This document shows, piece by piece, positions 10,696 to 18,716 of a stretch of 64,000 nucleotides of DNA. Position 1 is the stretch's first letter, and every line of letters starts with the position of its first letter. A model generated the notes under the pieces. That model did not search any database. It was not told the DNA's origin and worked only from the letters and a program-made list of their open reading frames with translations. Where the stretch lies: contig OY843768.1 in assembly GCA_963693095.2 (NCBI GenBank), positions 1,696,001 through 1,760,000 on the forward strand, in the 5' to 3' direction. A program made the translations under genes and the position numbers. This DNA is from Cenarchaeum sp. (GTDB taxonomy: Archaea > Thermoproteota > Nitrososphaeria > Nitrososphaerales > Nitrosopumilaceae).

Positions 10696-11787
10696 TGTAT
10701 TGTACAAAAAGTAGGAGCGGGGGCCAGAGGGCTTGCCGGGCGCGGATCCGGGAGCCCGCGGAGGGCCTTCGGGTCCGGCAGGCTGCCGAAACACACGTTT
10801 GGGGGCCTCCGGCGCCGGCGCGCCATGCCGGTCAGGAGGCTGGACGCGCGGGCGCTCCGGTACATCGCGAGGACGCTTGCGACCAGGAGCACCGGGGCAG
10901 TGGCGCGCGAGCTGGGGATCTCGCCGTCGTGGGCCCGCAAGCTCCGCGCGCACTGCCGGCGGACCGGCGCGCCGCCGGAGCCGCGGCCGATGGGGAGGCC
11001 GCGCAGGCCGATCACGCGGGAGCAGGCCGACGAGGTCCTCGCCGCGCACTCGCGCGACCCCGTCGGCGTGGTGCACCTGGTCAGGCTCATGCGGCTCAAC
11101 AACTCAAAAATAGCGTACGGCGCGGCGTACCGCATATTGTCTGCGGAGGGACTGGTCAGCAGCTCGCCGGCGAGGTCGAGGAGGCGCAAGTGGGTGAGGT
11201 TCGAGAGAAAGTACTCCAACGCGATGTGGCACGTGGACTGGCACATAATGAAATACGGCCCCCTGAGGGGCTCGCACCTCATAGTGTTCCTCGACGACGC
11301 GTCGAGGTGCGTGACGGGGTTCGGTGTCTTCCCCGAGGCCACGTCGGGCAACACTGTGCTCGTGCTGCACCACGCGATCGGGAGGTTCGGCAAGCCGGCG
11401 CAGGTGCTCTCGGACCACGGGACGCAGTTCACGGCGAGCCGGCGCGGCGCCCCGCGCCGCAGCTGGAAGCCGACGCTCTTCGAGCGGGAGCTGCTCGACG
11501 CCGGGATAAAGCACGTCATGGCGCGCGTCGGCCACCCCCAGACCAACGGCAAGGTCGAGAGGTTCTTCCGGACGCTCGAGACGGAGATCGACCGCCATGG
11601 CGGGGTCGCCGAGTTCATCGGGCACTACAACGAGGAGAGGCTCCACTTCTCCCTCGACATGGAGACCGGCGAGACGCCCCTGCTGGCCTTCAGGAGGCGG
11701 AGGGCCGACGGGCGGGTCCGGGCGGAGAACCCAGGGTGGATGGAGGTGGACTCGGATGGGTAGCGCTCCTACTTTCCGTATAATACA
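10696..11787 (+). mobile_element. IS481-family insertion sequence (1092 bp)
   Basis: TGT...ACA ends; 24-bp imperfect inverted repeats (TGTATTGTACAAAAAGTAGGAGCG and TGTATTATACGGAAAGTAGGAGCG, 21/24 match); flanked by the 15-bp direct repeat CCACCGCCCGTGGCA at 10681-10695 and 11788-11802. Confidence 0.93.
10825..11763 (+). CDS. IS481-family DDE transposase
   Basis: N-terminal HTH; WHVDW, LDDASR, SDHGTQF, HPQTNGKVERF and YNEERLH integrase-core motifs. Confidence 0.93.
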   Translation: MPVRRLDARALRYIARTLATRSTGAVARELGISPSWARKLRAHCRRTGAPPEPRPMGRPRRPITREQADEVLAAHSRDPVGVVHLVRLMRLNNSKIAYGAAYRILSAEGLVSSSPARSRRRKWVRFERKYSNAMWHVDWHIMKYGPLRGSHLIVFLDDASRCVTGFGVFPEATSGNTVLVLHHAIGRFGKPAQVLSDHGTQFTASRRGAPRRSWKPTLFERELLDAGIKHVMARVGHPQTNGKVERFFRTLETEIDRHGGVAEFIGHYNEERLHFSLDMETGETPLLAFRRRRADGRVRAENPGWMEVDSDG

Positions 11788-12109
11788 CCACCGCCCGTGG
11801 CACGAGGTCAGCGCCTCTGCCAGTTCATGCCTAGGCAGGCGCCGAGGTGGCAGGTAGATCGACAGAATGCGCCTATTTGACCAAAGGGGGTGGGGGGTGC
11901 TGGCTCCATGTTGCCCGTGGGGCGCCCTGTACGAAGAGTAGACTGGGTGCCTGCCTGGCGTAGATCCGGGGCTTTGGAAGGCCGTCGGGCGGGTAGGGCG
12001 CTGCCTTGTACCAAGAGTGGGCTGGGTGGGGGCATTTCCGGGCACGATGTCCAGGGTGCGCCTCGCGTTCAACGTTTAATTGGCCCATGTTATACCGTTT
12101 TGTATAGCT

Positions 12110-12472
12110 ATGAGCGACCCCGAGTCACACGAGTTTAATGCCGTAATCAAGCATATTATACAAAAATCGCTGTTTACAGAGCGCCAAGTTCAAATTATTC
12201 TAAGACAGCAGCGACGCGCCGGGGTTGGTTTTGGCATAAGCAGAGGCGCGTATTACAGGCAGGCAAGCCAATCTAGGGACAAAATGGGACGTCTCTACTA
12301 TACGATCAGTCTTTTGTGGGGTCTTGGCGTTCTCGAGCCTCGTGATATTGATGTGATGTCTCATCTTGCAGAACAGATCAAAGGTCTCAAAGATAGTGAT
12401 ATTTTAGGTGGTCGTGAGGAGGACATCACACAGGTGCTTGACAAAATTGTCAGTCAGGCGTGTAATGTGTGA
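12110..12472 (+). CDS. hypothetical protein, possible HTH
   Basis: Open frame; LFTERQ...GISRGAYY resembles an HTH; origin-proximal. Confidence 0.7.
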   Translation: MSDPESHEFNAVIKHIIQKSLFTERQVQIILRQQRRAGVGFGISRGAYYRQASQSRDKMGRLYYTISLLWGLGVLEPRDIDVMSHLAEQIKGLKDSDILGGREEDITQVLDKIVSQACNV

Positions 12473-13228
12473 TATTATGCGTCACTCTAGCCACAAATAT
12501 CGTGATTTTAAGGTGTGATGTAGTTGTCTAAATAGTGAATTTGTGTTGTTCTATCACAATATATCACAGTATGTTTGTGACTTGCCCATGCAGGTCGAGA
12601 TTCCTGACCCCAACGTCCTTCTTGGGCTGGCCACGGCGTTTGTGATCGGCCTTTTAGTCATAATTATACTCAACAAGGTGCGTCCATATGTGAATTTGAG
12701 CCCAAAGGGTGATGGGGAGTGGCGCGCCTCGCGTATTGACGAGTACGAGCGCCAGTTGGTAGAGATGAAAATTCGTCTAGACGCAGCAGGCATTGGGAGT
12801 GTGACTGGTGATGTGACTAGTATATCACAAGATGTTGTGGGGGTGGCAGAGTCCGGATCGGAGACTGCCGTGGTTGACCAAAACAAGGCTAAAACCACGC
12901 CTAAATCGCCCCAACAACCAACATCGGTGGCTCAAGAGACTAATCACGTCACATATCACAACGCCACAGAGCAGGTGTTGCATATGGTCACAACCAGTGC
13001 AAAAACATCACGTGATATTCAAGCCGCCCTGGGTAAGAGTAGGGAGCACACTGCTAGACTCCTCAAAAAACTCTATGATGCGGGACTTGTTGAAAGGAAC
13101 GCAAAGTCGCGACCATACACCTACTCTATCACAGAGAGCGGTCAAAGGCGGCTTGGATCTGCAGACGGTCAGTTATAGAGCCCCCCATGGTGATGCCGGT
13201 TGTAGGTTGTGGTGGGTTGTGGTGATGT
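12342..13228. repeat. dispersed array of GTGAT/ATCAC motifs
   Basis: About 20 GTGAT/ATCAC pentamers, about 13 extending to GTGAT[A/G]T, counted by eye in roughly 0.9 kb on both strands. Confidence 0.7.
12588..13178 (+). CDS. membrane-anchored winged-helix DNA-binding protein
   Basis: N-terminal TM helix (VLLGLATAFVIGLLVIIIL), short coiled coil, low-complexity linker, C-terminal wHTH (TSRDIQAALGKSREHTARLLKKLYDAGLVER...YSIT). Confidence 0.8.
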   Translation: MQVEIPDPNVLLGLATAFVIGLLVIIILNKVRPYVNLSPKGDGEWRASRIDEYERQLVEMKIRLDAAGIGSVTGDVTSISQDVVGVAESGSETAVVDQNKAKTTPKSPQQPTSVAQETNHVTYHNATEQVLHMVTTSAKTSRDIQAALGKSREHTARLLKKLYDAGLVERNAKSRPYTYSITESGQRRLGSADGQL

Positions 13229-13369
13229 TGGGCTGTAATGCGCCCAGGCCGATATTTTGGGGGGATGAATTAGTGAAGCCGTGCGCCATTTTATTATTAT
13301 TTAATAAAATAATAAATTATAATATATGAGTATTAATGATATATATTATCAATGTTTGGGGGGGTGCGC

Positions 13370-13510
13370 GTGCTAGTCAAGATCACCGCGGCCGGAACCA
13401 TCACGATTCCGAAGCAGATGAGGCGGTATATGGATGTGCGCCGCGGTGACTATGTAAAGGTCGATCTAGAGGGAGATCGCCTAGTTGTCACTAAGGCCGT
13501 GGTGTCGTAA
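13370..13510 (+). CDS. AbrB/MazE/SpoVT-family small DNA-binding protein
   Basis: Manual translation gives MLVKITAAGTITIPKQMRRYMDVRRGDYVKVDLEGDRLVVTKAVVS; below the ORF-track cutoff. Confidence 0.85.
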   Translation: MLVKITAAGTITIPKQMRRYMDVRRGDYVKVDLEGDRLVVTKAVVS

Positions 13511-13904
13511 GGGGCAGGCGTTGTGGTAGGATGGCCCTGTCGGCGGCTCTGTATGACCACTCGCGGCCGTTTCGTGTGCGCGTTAGGCGGCCCCTGTGCG
13601 TAAAACGCGCCAGATAGGTCGAGATCACGCTCAGTTTTATGGGTAGGTTATACTCGTCCTCGTACTTTTCGAGTATTGTGGAGGAGGTAAATTTGCCTAT
13701 TGGGTAGTTCCTCTCAACTATGGCCCATATGCGACCCCCCACACTGTCAGGCGTCTGGCCTTCTGGGGGCGCCTCGACATCGACGAGATTCATGGTCTCA
13801 AACACCTTTAGGATCTTCTCCCTGGTGACTTTACCAGTCACGGTCATGCGAAAAACGGCTCCCTCGTCGTCCTCAACATCAATGGTCACCTTTCTCTTTG
13901 CCAT
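13491..13904 (-). CDS. hypothetical winged-helix protein
   Basis: FTSSTILEKY...SVISTYLARF...RLTRTRNGREWSY is a wHTH-like pattern. Confidence 0.7.
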   Translation of the reverse strand: MAKRKVTIDVEDDEGAVFRMTVTGKVTREKILKVFETMNLVDVEAPPEGQTPDSVGGRIWAIVERNYPIGKFTSSTILEKYEDEYNLPIKLSVISTYLARFTHRGRLTRTRNGREWSYRAADRAILPQRLPLTTPRP

Positions 13905-13920
13905 TGGGACACAGCCCGAA

Positions 13921-14400
13921 ACCCCCCTTACACTTGAAACGATCCGATCAGATTTGTTAACGTTATACGTTGTTAATATTGCCTGCCTGGCCTAGGCGTG
14001 TGGTGCCATGGCCTGTTCACACCCTGTCGCCATACCCACCCCCAAATACCCCATAAATTCACGCCTAGAGTGGAAATAAGGGGGTCAAAACGGCTTGTTA
14101 ACATAGTTAAGAGGTAAATTCACGCCTAGAGTGGAAATAAGGGGGTCAAAACGGCCTTTTTTGGTCTCTTGTTCACACAGTCTTGACTGTGTGTGAACGT
14201 CATCAGAATTCACGCCTCGTCGGCTCCTCCCACAACCCACACACCACCATTTCCACTCCTTTTTCTTTCATTTTTTTTCTAAAAATACAAGATAGAGATG
14301 AGATGAGGGGTAAGAAAAGGAATGATGTGGAGTGGAAGGGAAGGTGTGTGGGTTTGGATCACTGAAACGATCCGTCTTGTTAAATTAAGCTAGGGGATCA
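13921..14400. other. probable chromosomal replication origin (oriC)
   Basis: Intergenic region directly upstream of cdc6; ORB-like GAGTGGAAATAAGGGGG in two 41-bp direct repeats; an inverted ORB-like pair at 14234-14259 and 14329-14354 brackets an AT-rich tract. Confidence 0.85.
14054..14155 (+). repeat. two perfect 41-bp direct repeats containing ORB-like boxes
   Basis: TAAATTCACGCCTAGAGTGGAAATAAGGGGGTCAAAACGGC at 14054-14094 and 14115-14155. Confidence 0.92.
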
Positions 14401-14436
14401 TTTCAAGAGGTGGGGCTGCGACCCCACGATCTCAAA

Positions 14437-15654
14437 ATGAGCACGACCACACTCGACCCACTAGATCGCCTCTTAGAGGCCGCAGAGAGCGGGACTGCGA
14501 TCATACGCAACAGGGAGGTTCTGCGGTCTGACTATATGCCAAAGATGATTAGGCACCGCGACGAGGAGCAAGAGCTAGTCGCCCAGACGCTCCTTCCAAT
14601 ACTAAAGCGCGCCCGCCCATCAAACCTCCTAGTCTATGGCCGCCCCGGAACGGGCAAGACGCTCGTTGTGAGGCGCGTCCTTTTAAAAATCCAAGAGAGG
14701 GCCGCAACTGGCGACTTTCCAATCAGGCTGGTGTATGCCAACTCCAAGAACGAGACGACAATGTATGCGCTTCTTGTAAGTTTTGGCCGCCAGCTGGGCC
14801 TTAATGAAAAGAGGATTCCCACCACGGGCCTCTCAATAAGCGAGGTCTTTAAACGCCTAATCAGCGAGATCAACAAGAGGTCGATTAACGCCGTGTTTGT
14901 GATTGACGAGATCGACCACCTCGCGCGCCTCACCTCCAAATCCCACAAGGACATACTCTATCAGATGACCAGGGCCAACGAGCTCCTTGATGGCGGCTCG
15001 CTCACCCTCGTGGGCATATCCAACGACCTCGCCTTCAAGGACGGCCTGGATCCGCGCGTGATCAGCAGCCTGGGCGAGGAGGAGATCGTCTTTGCGAGCT
15101 ATACGACCGACCAGATACGCCGCATATTGGAGGAGCGCATCGCCGACGCCCTCGTCGGCCCCAACACCGTCGAGGAGGCCGCGCTTCACCTCTGCGCAGC
15201 AAAGGCCGGCAGCGAGCACGGCGACGCGCGACGCGCCATCGACACGCTTCGTGTGGCCGCCGAGGCCGCCGAACGCGCCGGCGCGCTGACAATATCCCAA
15301 GACCACGTTCTCACGGCCGCAGCAAAGATGGAGGAGAGAAAAGAGGTCGCCGCGCTGCGCTCCTACCCACTCCACGAAAAGCTCCTCGTCATAGCCGTGA
15401 TGAAGTCCAGTGGGGCCTCAACGGGGGAGATATACGCCGCATACCGCGACCTCTGCAGGCGCACGGGCCAAAAGAACCTCACACAGAGGCGCGCAACGCA
15501 GATGCTCAGCGAGATAGAGATGTCCGGGATAGCCTCCGGCCGGATCACGCACCAGGGCATGCACGGCCGAACCAAAAAATTCAAGCTCCTCGTCGCCACC
15601 GAGACTGTCACCGAGGCGTTCGGCGAGGATCTTGCGCTCTCTGACCTGCTCTAG
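14437..15654 (+). CDS. cdc6: Orc1/Cdc6 replication initiator
   Basis: Walker A GRPGTGKT, VIDEID, GISN, GDARRAID, C-terminal wHTH. Confidence 0.96.
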   Translation: MSTTTLDPLDRLLEAAESGTAIIRNREVLRSDYMPKMIRHRDEEQELVAQTLLPILKRARPSNLLVYGRPGTGKTLVVRRVLLKIQERAATGDFPIRLVYANSKNETTMYALLVSFGRQLGLNEKRIPTTGLSISEVFKRLISEINKRSINAVFVIDEIDHLARLTSKSHKDILYQMTRANELLDGGSLTLVGISNDLAFKDGLDPRVISSLGEEEIVFASYTTDQIRRILEERIADALVGPNTVEEAALHLCAAKAGSEHGDARRAIDTLRVAAEAAERAGALTISQDHVLTAAAKMEERKEVAALRSYPLHEKLLVIAVMKSSGASTGEIYAAYRDLCRRTGQKNLTQRRATQMLSEIEMSGIASGRITHQGMHGRTKKFKLLVATETVTEAFGEDLALSDLL

Positions 15655-15681
15655 GCCGGCACCGCGCCGACTGGCGCGACC

Positions 15682-17115
15682 CTACACCTCTGTCCCAAAG
15701 CGGCGCTGCCCGATGGCCAGCGTTCTCAGGTTTACGACTATGGCACGGCCCACGGTGGGGCGAATGCCCTGGCTGGCCTGAAAGGACGTCTGCTTTTGCC
15801 ACGTGCCCGAGTTGACCATGAGAACGCCCCTGTACTGCTCGGCGCCGACGACGTGCACGTGGCCAGAGTGAAAGATGTCTGGCGGCTCCTCTATGACCAT
15901 CATGTCCTCGACCTCTGGCGCCACGGGCGTGCTCCCCCCGTATATCGGGCAGAGGTGCCTTGCGCGCAGGAGGTACTTCATGGCGCCCGCGGGCCGGTCA
16001 TAGCTGAGGCCCTGCGCCGACTTTACAATGTCATCGATGCTCTGCCCATGATACATGAGAACGCGCACGCCGTTGAGGCTGACAGTCACGGGGTTGCCGA
16101 CCATCCTGACGTTTGGGCGGCTCCACAGGCCGGGCGCGCACTCGCGGGGGATCGCCGGCTGGGGGAGCGCGCGCCTCCCCGGATCGTGGTTGCCCGGCGA
16201 TATCACCACATGCATGCGCTCGGGGATCTGCCCGATGAGCTCATCGAGGCGCGCGAGCTGCTCCTCGGCCGTCTGCAGCACGAGGTCCTTGTCCTGCCCG
16301 CGGTATATCCCAACACCGTCGACGACATCGCCGCACAAAAGGACGTGCCCGACGCGGCGCGCGGTGGCCTCGTCGCTAGACAGCCACGAGACGAGCCCGT
16401 CAAAGGCGGCCTCGTCAAAGTTGCGGCTCCCGACATGAAGGTCAGAGAGGAGAACCGCATAGACCTCTGAGGCAGACAGCCTCGGGCTGTGCCCCGAGAC
16501 GTCAGGAACCGACACCTCGCGCGCAATCACCCCGCCGTCCCTGCCGGCGGCCACGCGAACCATGACAAACTGGTCCGTGACGAGGGAGCCTGTCACGGCC
16601 CGCGCATCCGCGTCATACACTGCGAGCTCTAGGCTTCCGGTCGGATCCTCAATGACGAGCCTGTCAGACTTGCCCGAGCCGGCCTTGCGCTCGCTGACGA
16701 GGCCGCACGTGTGCGCGCCGTCCTCGATGCGCCCCTCCTTTATGGCCGATATGCGCCTGAGCGACCTGCCCTCAGACCGGCGCGAGACGAGGGCGCGCAT
16801 CTTTTCGTACCTGCTCACAAAGAGCGCGCCAAACCCCACGACGCCCTCGCCTGAGGCCGTTCTTCCCGTGGGATCGCTTATCGTCTCGCAGACGGCCTCA
16901 AAGGGCTCATCGACGGGGGCGACGCCGAGCGCACTGGCCATGTCCCCACCACTGATGGTTCGGTCACCCCCCCGCTCCTTTTTCCTGACCACCTCGCGGA
17001 CCGCGCGCTGGATCACCCCGGCGTCGGCGGACTCTAGAACGCGAACCGCATCGGGGTGAACCTGAAAGCCGCGCCTTAGGGCAAACTGCAGAACCGCCGC
17101 GATGTCATCGCCCAT
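15682..17115 (-). CDS. polB: DNA polymerase D small subunit DP1
   Basis: SDLHVGS, GDVVDG, PGNHD, YHG, RHLCP and GHVH phosphoesterase motifs. Confidence 0.94.
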   Translation of the reverse strand: MGDDIAAVLQFALRRGFQVHPDAVRVLESADAGVIQRAVREVVRKKERGGDRTISGGDMASALGVAPVDEPFEAVCETISDPTGRTASGEGVVGFGALFVSRYEKMRALVSRRSEGRSLRRISAIKEGRIEDGAHTCGLVSERKAGSGKSDRLVIEDPTGSLELAVYDADARAVTGSLVTDQFVMVRVAAGRDGGVIAREVSVPDVSGHSPRLSASEVYAVLLSDLHVGSRNFDEAAFDGLVSWLSSDEATARRVGHVLLCGDVVDGVGIYRGQDKDLVLQTAEEQLARLDELIGQIPERMHVVISPGNHDPGRRALPQPAIPRECAPGLWSRPNVRMVGNPVTVSLNGVRVLMYHGQSIDDIVKSAQGLSYDRPAGAMKYLLRARHLCPIYGGSTPVAPEVEDMMVIEEPPDIFHSGHVHVVGAEQYRGVLMVNSGTWQKQTSFQASQGIRPTVGRAIVVNLRTLAIGQRRFGTEV

Positions 17116-17209
17116 GGGCGGCTCGCCGGCGGGGTTTCTAATTAACCTGACCGCCGGACTTGCGCGCCCGCCGACTGCTTTATACCACGCCTGCGGCAGC
17201 GAGGCCGCC

Positions 17210-17734
17210 ATGATACGCCTCTGGGCGTTCCTGGCTGCAACGGGGGCGTTCCTCGGCATGTACCTTGTCGGCTCCCTCGTCGAGCCCGCCGAGGCCGAAG
17301 CCGAGAGGTTCATGGAGGAGTTTGAGAGCCTCGTGGACGGAATCGACGCGCTTGGCATATTTGTGCACAATTCGATGCTTGCCGCGCCAATGTTCCTGCC
17401 CGGCCTGGGCCCGGCAGTCGGCCTCTATTCTGCGTGGTCCACGGGATACGCGTTTGCGGCGATCTCGGCTAGCGTGCCGGCGGTGCAGGGCATTCCGGCC
17501 ATAGCGATCCTCCTCACTCCCGTCGGCCTCATGGAGCTCGCCGCGTACTCGCTGGGCATGTCACGCGGCGCGCTCTTTGGCCTGGCCCTCCTGCGCTCAA
17601 GGCCTGCGCGCCCGCACCTCCGCATGGTGGCCATCGAGGGTGCCGTCGCCGCAGCGCTCCTGGCCGTCGCCGCCGTGGTGGAGCACGCGGCCATAACGGC
17701 CACGGGACTCGCACCGTCGGCCGCATCCGTCTAG
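17210..17734 (+). CDS. SpoIIM/DUF95-like membrane protein
   Basis: IFVHN...P.G.MEL...AAVVE pattern; multiple TM helices. Confidence 0.75.
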   Translation: MIRLWAFLAATGAFLGMYLVGSLVEPAEAEAERFMEEFESLVDGIDALGIFVHNSMLAAPMFLPGLGPAVGLYSAWSTGYAFAAISASVPAVQGIPAIAILLTPVGLMELAAYSLGMSRGALFGLALLRSRPARPHLRMVAIEGAVAAALLAVAAVVEHAAITATGLAPSAASV

Positions 17735-17819
17735 GCCACGCGTGGGCGTGCGCACTTTAACGCATTCACTCTAAAATAATTTGGAACCGTATTATAGTCA
17801 GCCCCCGCGAGCGCCAGCC

Positions 17820-18716
17820 ATGAACGCCACGTATGCGCTCCTAGGCGCCGCCGTCGCCCTCGCGCTGGCCTCGTGCTCTGGCGCCTCGGCTGCCCCGTCA
17901 GGCCCGATCTCCCTTGACGCCTCGGGGTATGCGGCCATAGACGGCGCCATCAGGGCAGTCTCGATGGACCTGGCGCTCTCGGCGCGTGATGATGGAACAC
18001 TCTCGTCGGTGCGCGGGACGATCATGGTGGGCGATGACGTGCTGAGCAGGCTGGATATCGACGGCTTGTTCCTGCGCGAGGCTAGGTTCCTGCGCGTGTC
18101 AGGAACGGCCGAGGGGCAGGGAGACGCCGTCATGCTAAAGATGCTAGGCAGGCTCGCCGAAGAGCAGGGCAGGGACTCGGCATACCTCTTTACGGGAACG
18201 CTAGAGCGCAACGGCGTGGTGGGCAAGGCCGTCCTTGCCGCATCGCTCTCACAGCTTGCCGAGGCGGCCACGGGAATGACCGCGACGGCTGCGTCGGTGA
18301 CCATACTGCCCAGTGCGCGCGTGCCCGGCGCGCCGCCGGGGAGCCTTGACGTCTCTACGGTACAGGCCACGCCGGGTCAGGTGCTGACCATATCCAACAC
18401 GAGCGCCACAAAGCACCGGCTTGTGAGCGGCACGATAAACGACTGGTTTTACGAGCGCGACGGCGATCCGCGCACATGCGCGCCAGACGGGACGCCAGAC
18501 GTGGAAGTCGAGCGCGAGAACCGCAACCACACGTCTGCGGACGTTGTTACGAGCGACAGGTGCGACTTTACGCGCGACGGGCGCGTGGACGTGGAGATCG
18601 AGCCAGGCGAGTCGGCCAGCATACAGGTGCAAGACACGGGAATATACCGCATGCTCGATCTGGACTCGCCGTGGATTCAGCTGACCGCCGTCTCAGTCGC
18701 CTTGCCACCGCGCTGA
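17820..18716 (+). CDS. secreted protein with degenerate cupredoxin-like C-terminal domain
   Basis: Signal peptide; VTI...PGQVLTISN...HRLVSG...IEPGES...GIY...PW pattern. Confidence 0.6.
   Translation: MNATYALLGAAVALALASCSGASAAPSGPISLDASGYAAIDGAIRAVSMDLALSARDDGTLSSVRGTIMVGDDVLSRLDIDGLFLREARFLRVSGTAEGQGDAVMLKMLGRLAEEQGRDSAYLFTGTLERNGVVGKAVLAASLSQLAEAATGMTATAASVTILPSARVPGAPPGSLDVSTVQATPGQVLTISNTSATKHRLVSGTINDWFYERDGDPRTCAPDGTPDVEVERENRNHTSADVVTSDRCDFTRDGRVDVEIEPGESASIQVQDTGIYRMLDLDSPWIQLTAVSVALPPR

Noticed and set aside
9876-11618. 580-aa ORF suggesting a GGGP synthase fusion
   Set aside because: The N-terminal part is antisense to the GC-rich transposase; GGGPS has its own TATA box and ATG at 10643.
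11803-12070. GC-rich noncoding stretch after the IS as a structured RNA (SRP or tRNA)
   Set aside because: No tRNA cloverleaf or SRP motif could be identified by eye; a covariance-model search is needed.
14054-14155. 41-bp repeats with a 20-bp spacer as a mini-CRISPR
   Set aside because: Only two copies, no cas genes, and they contain ORB-like boxes upstream of cdc6.
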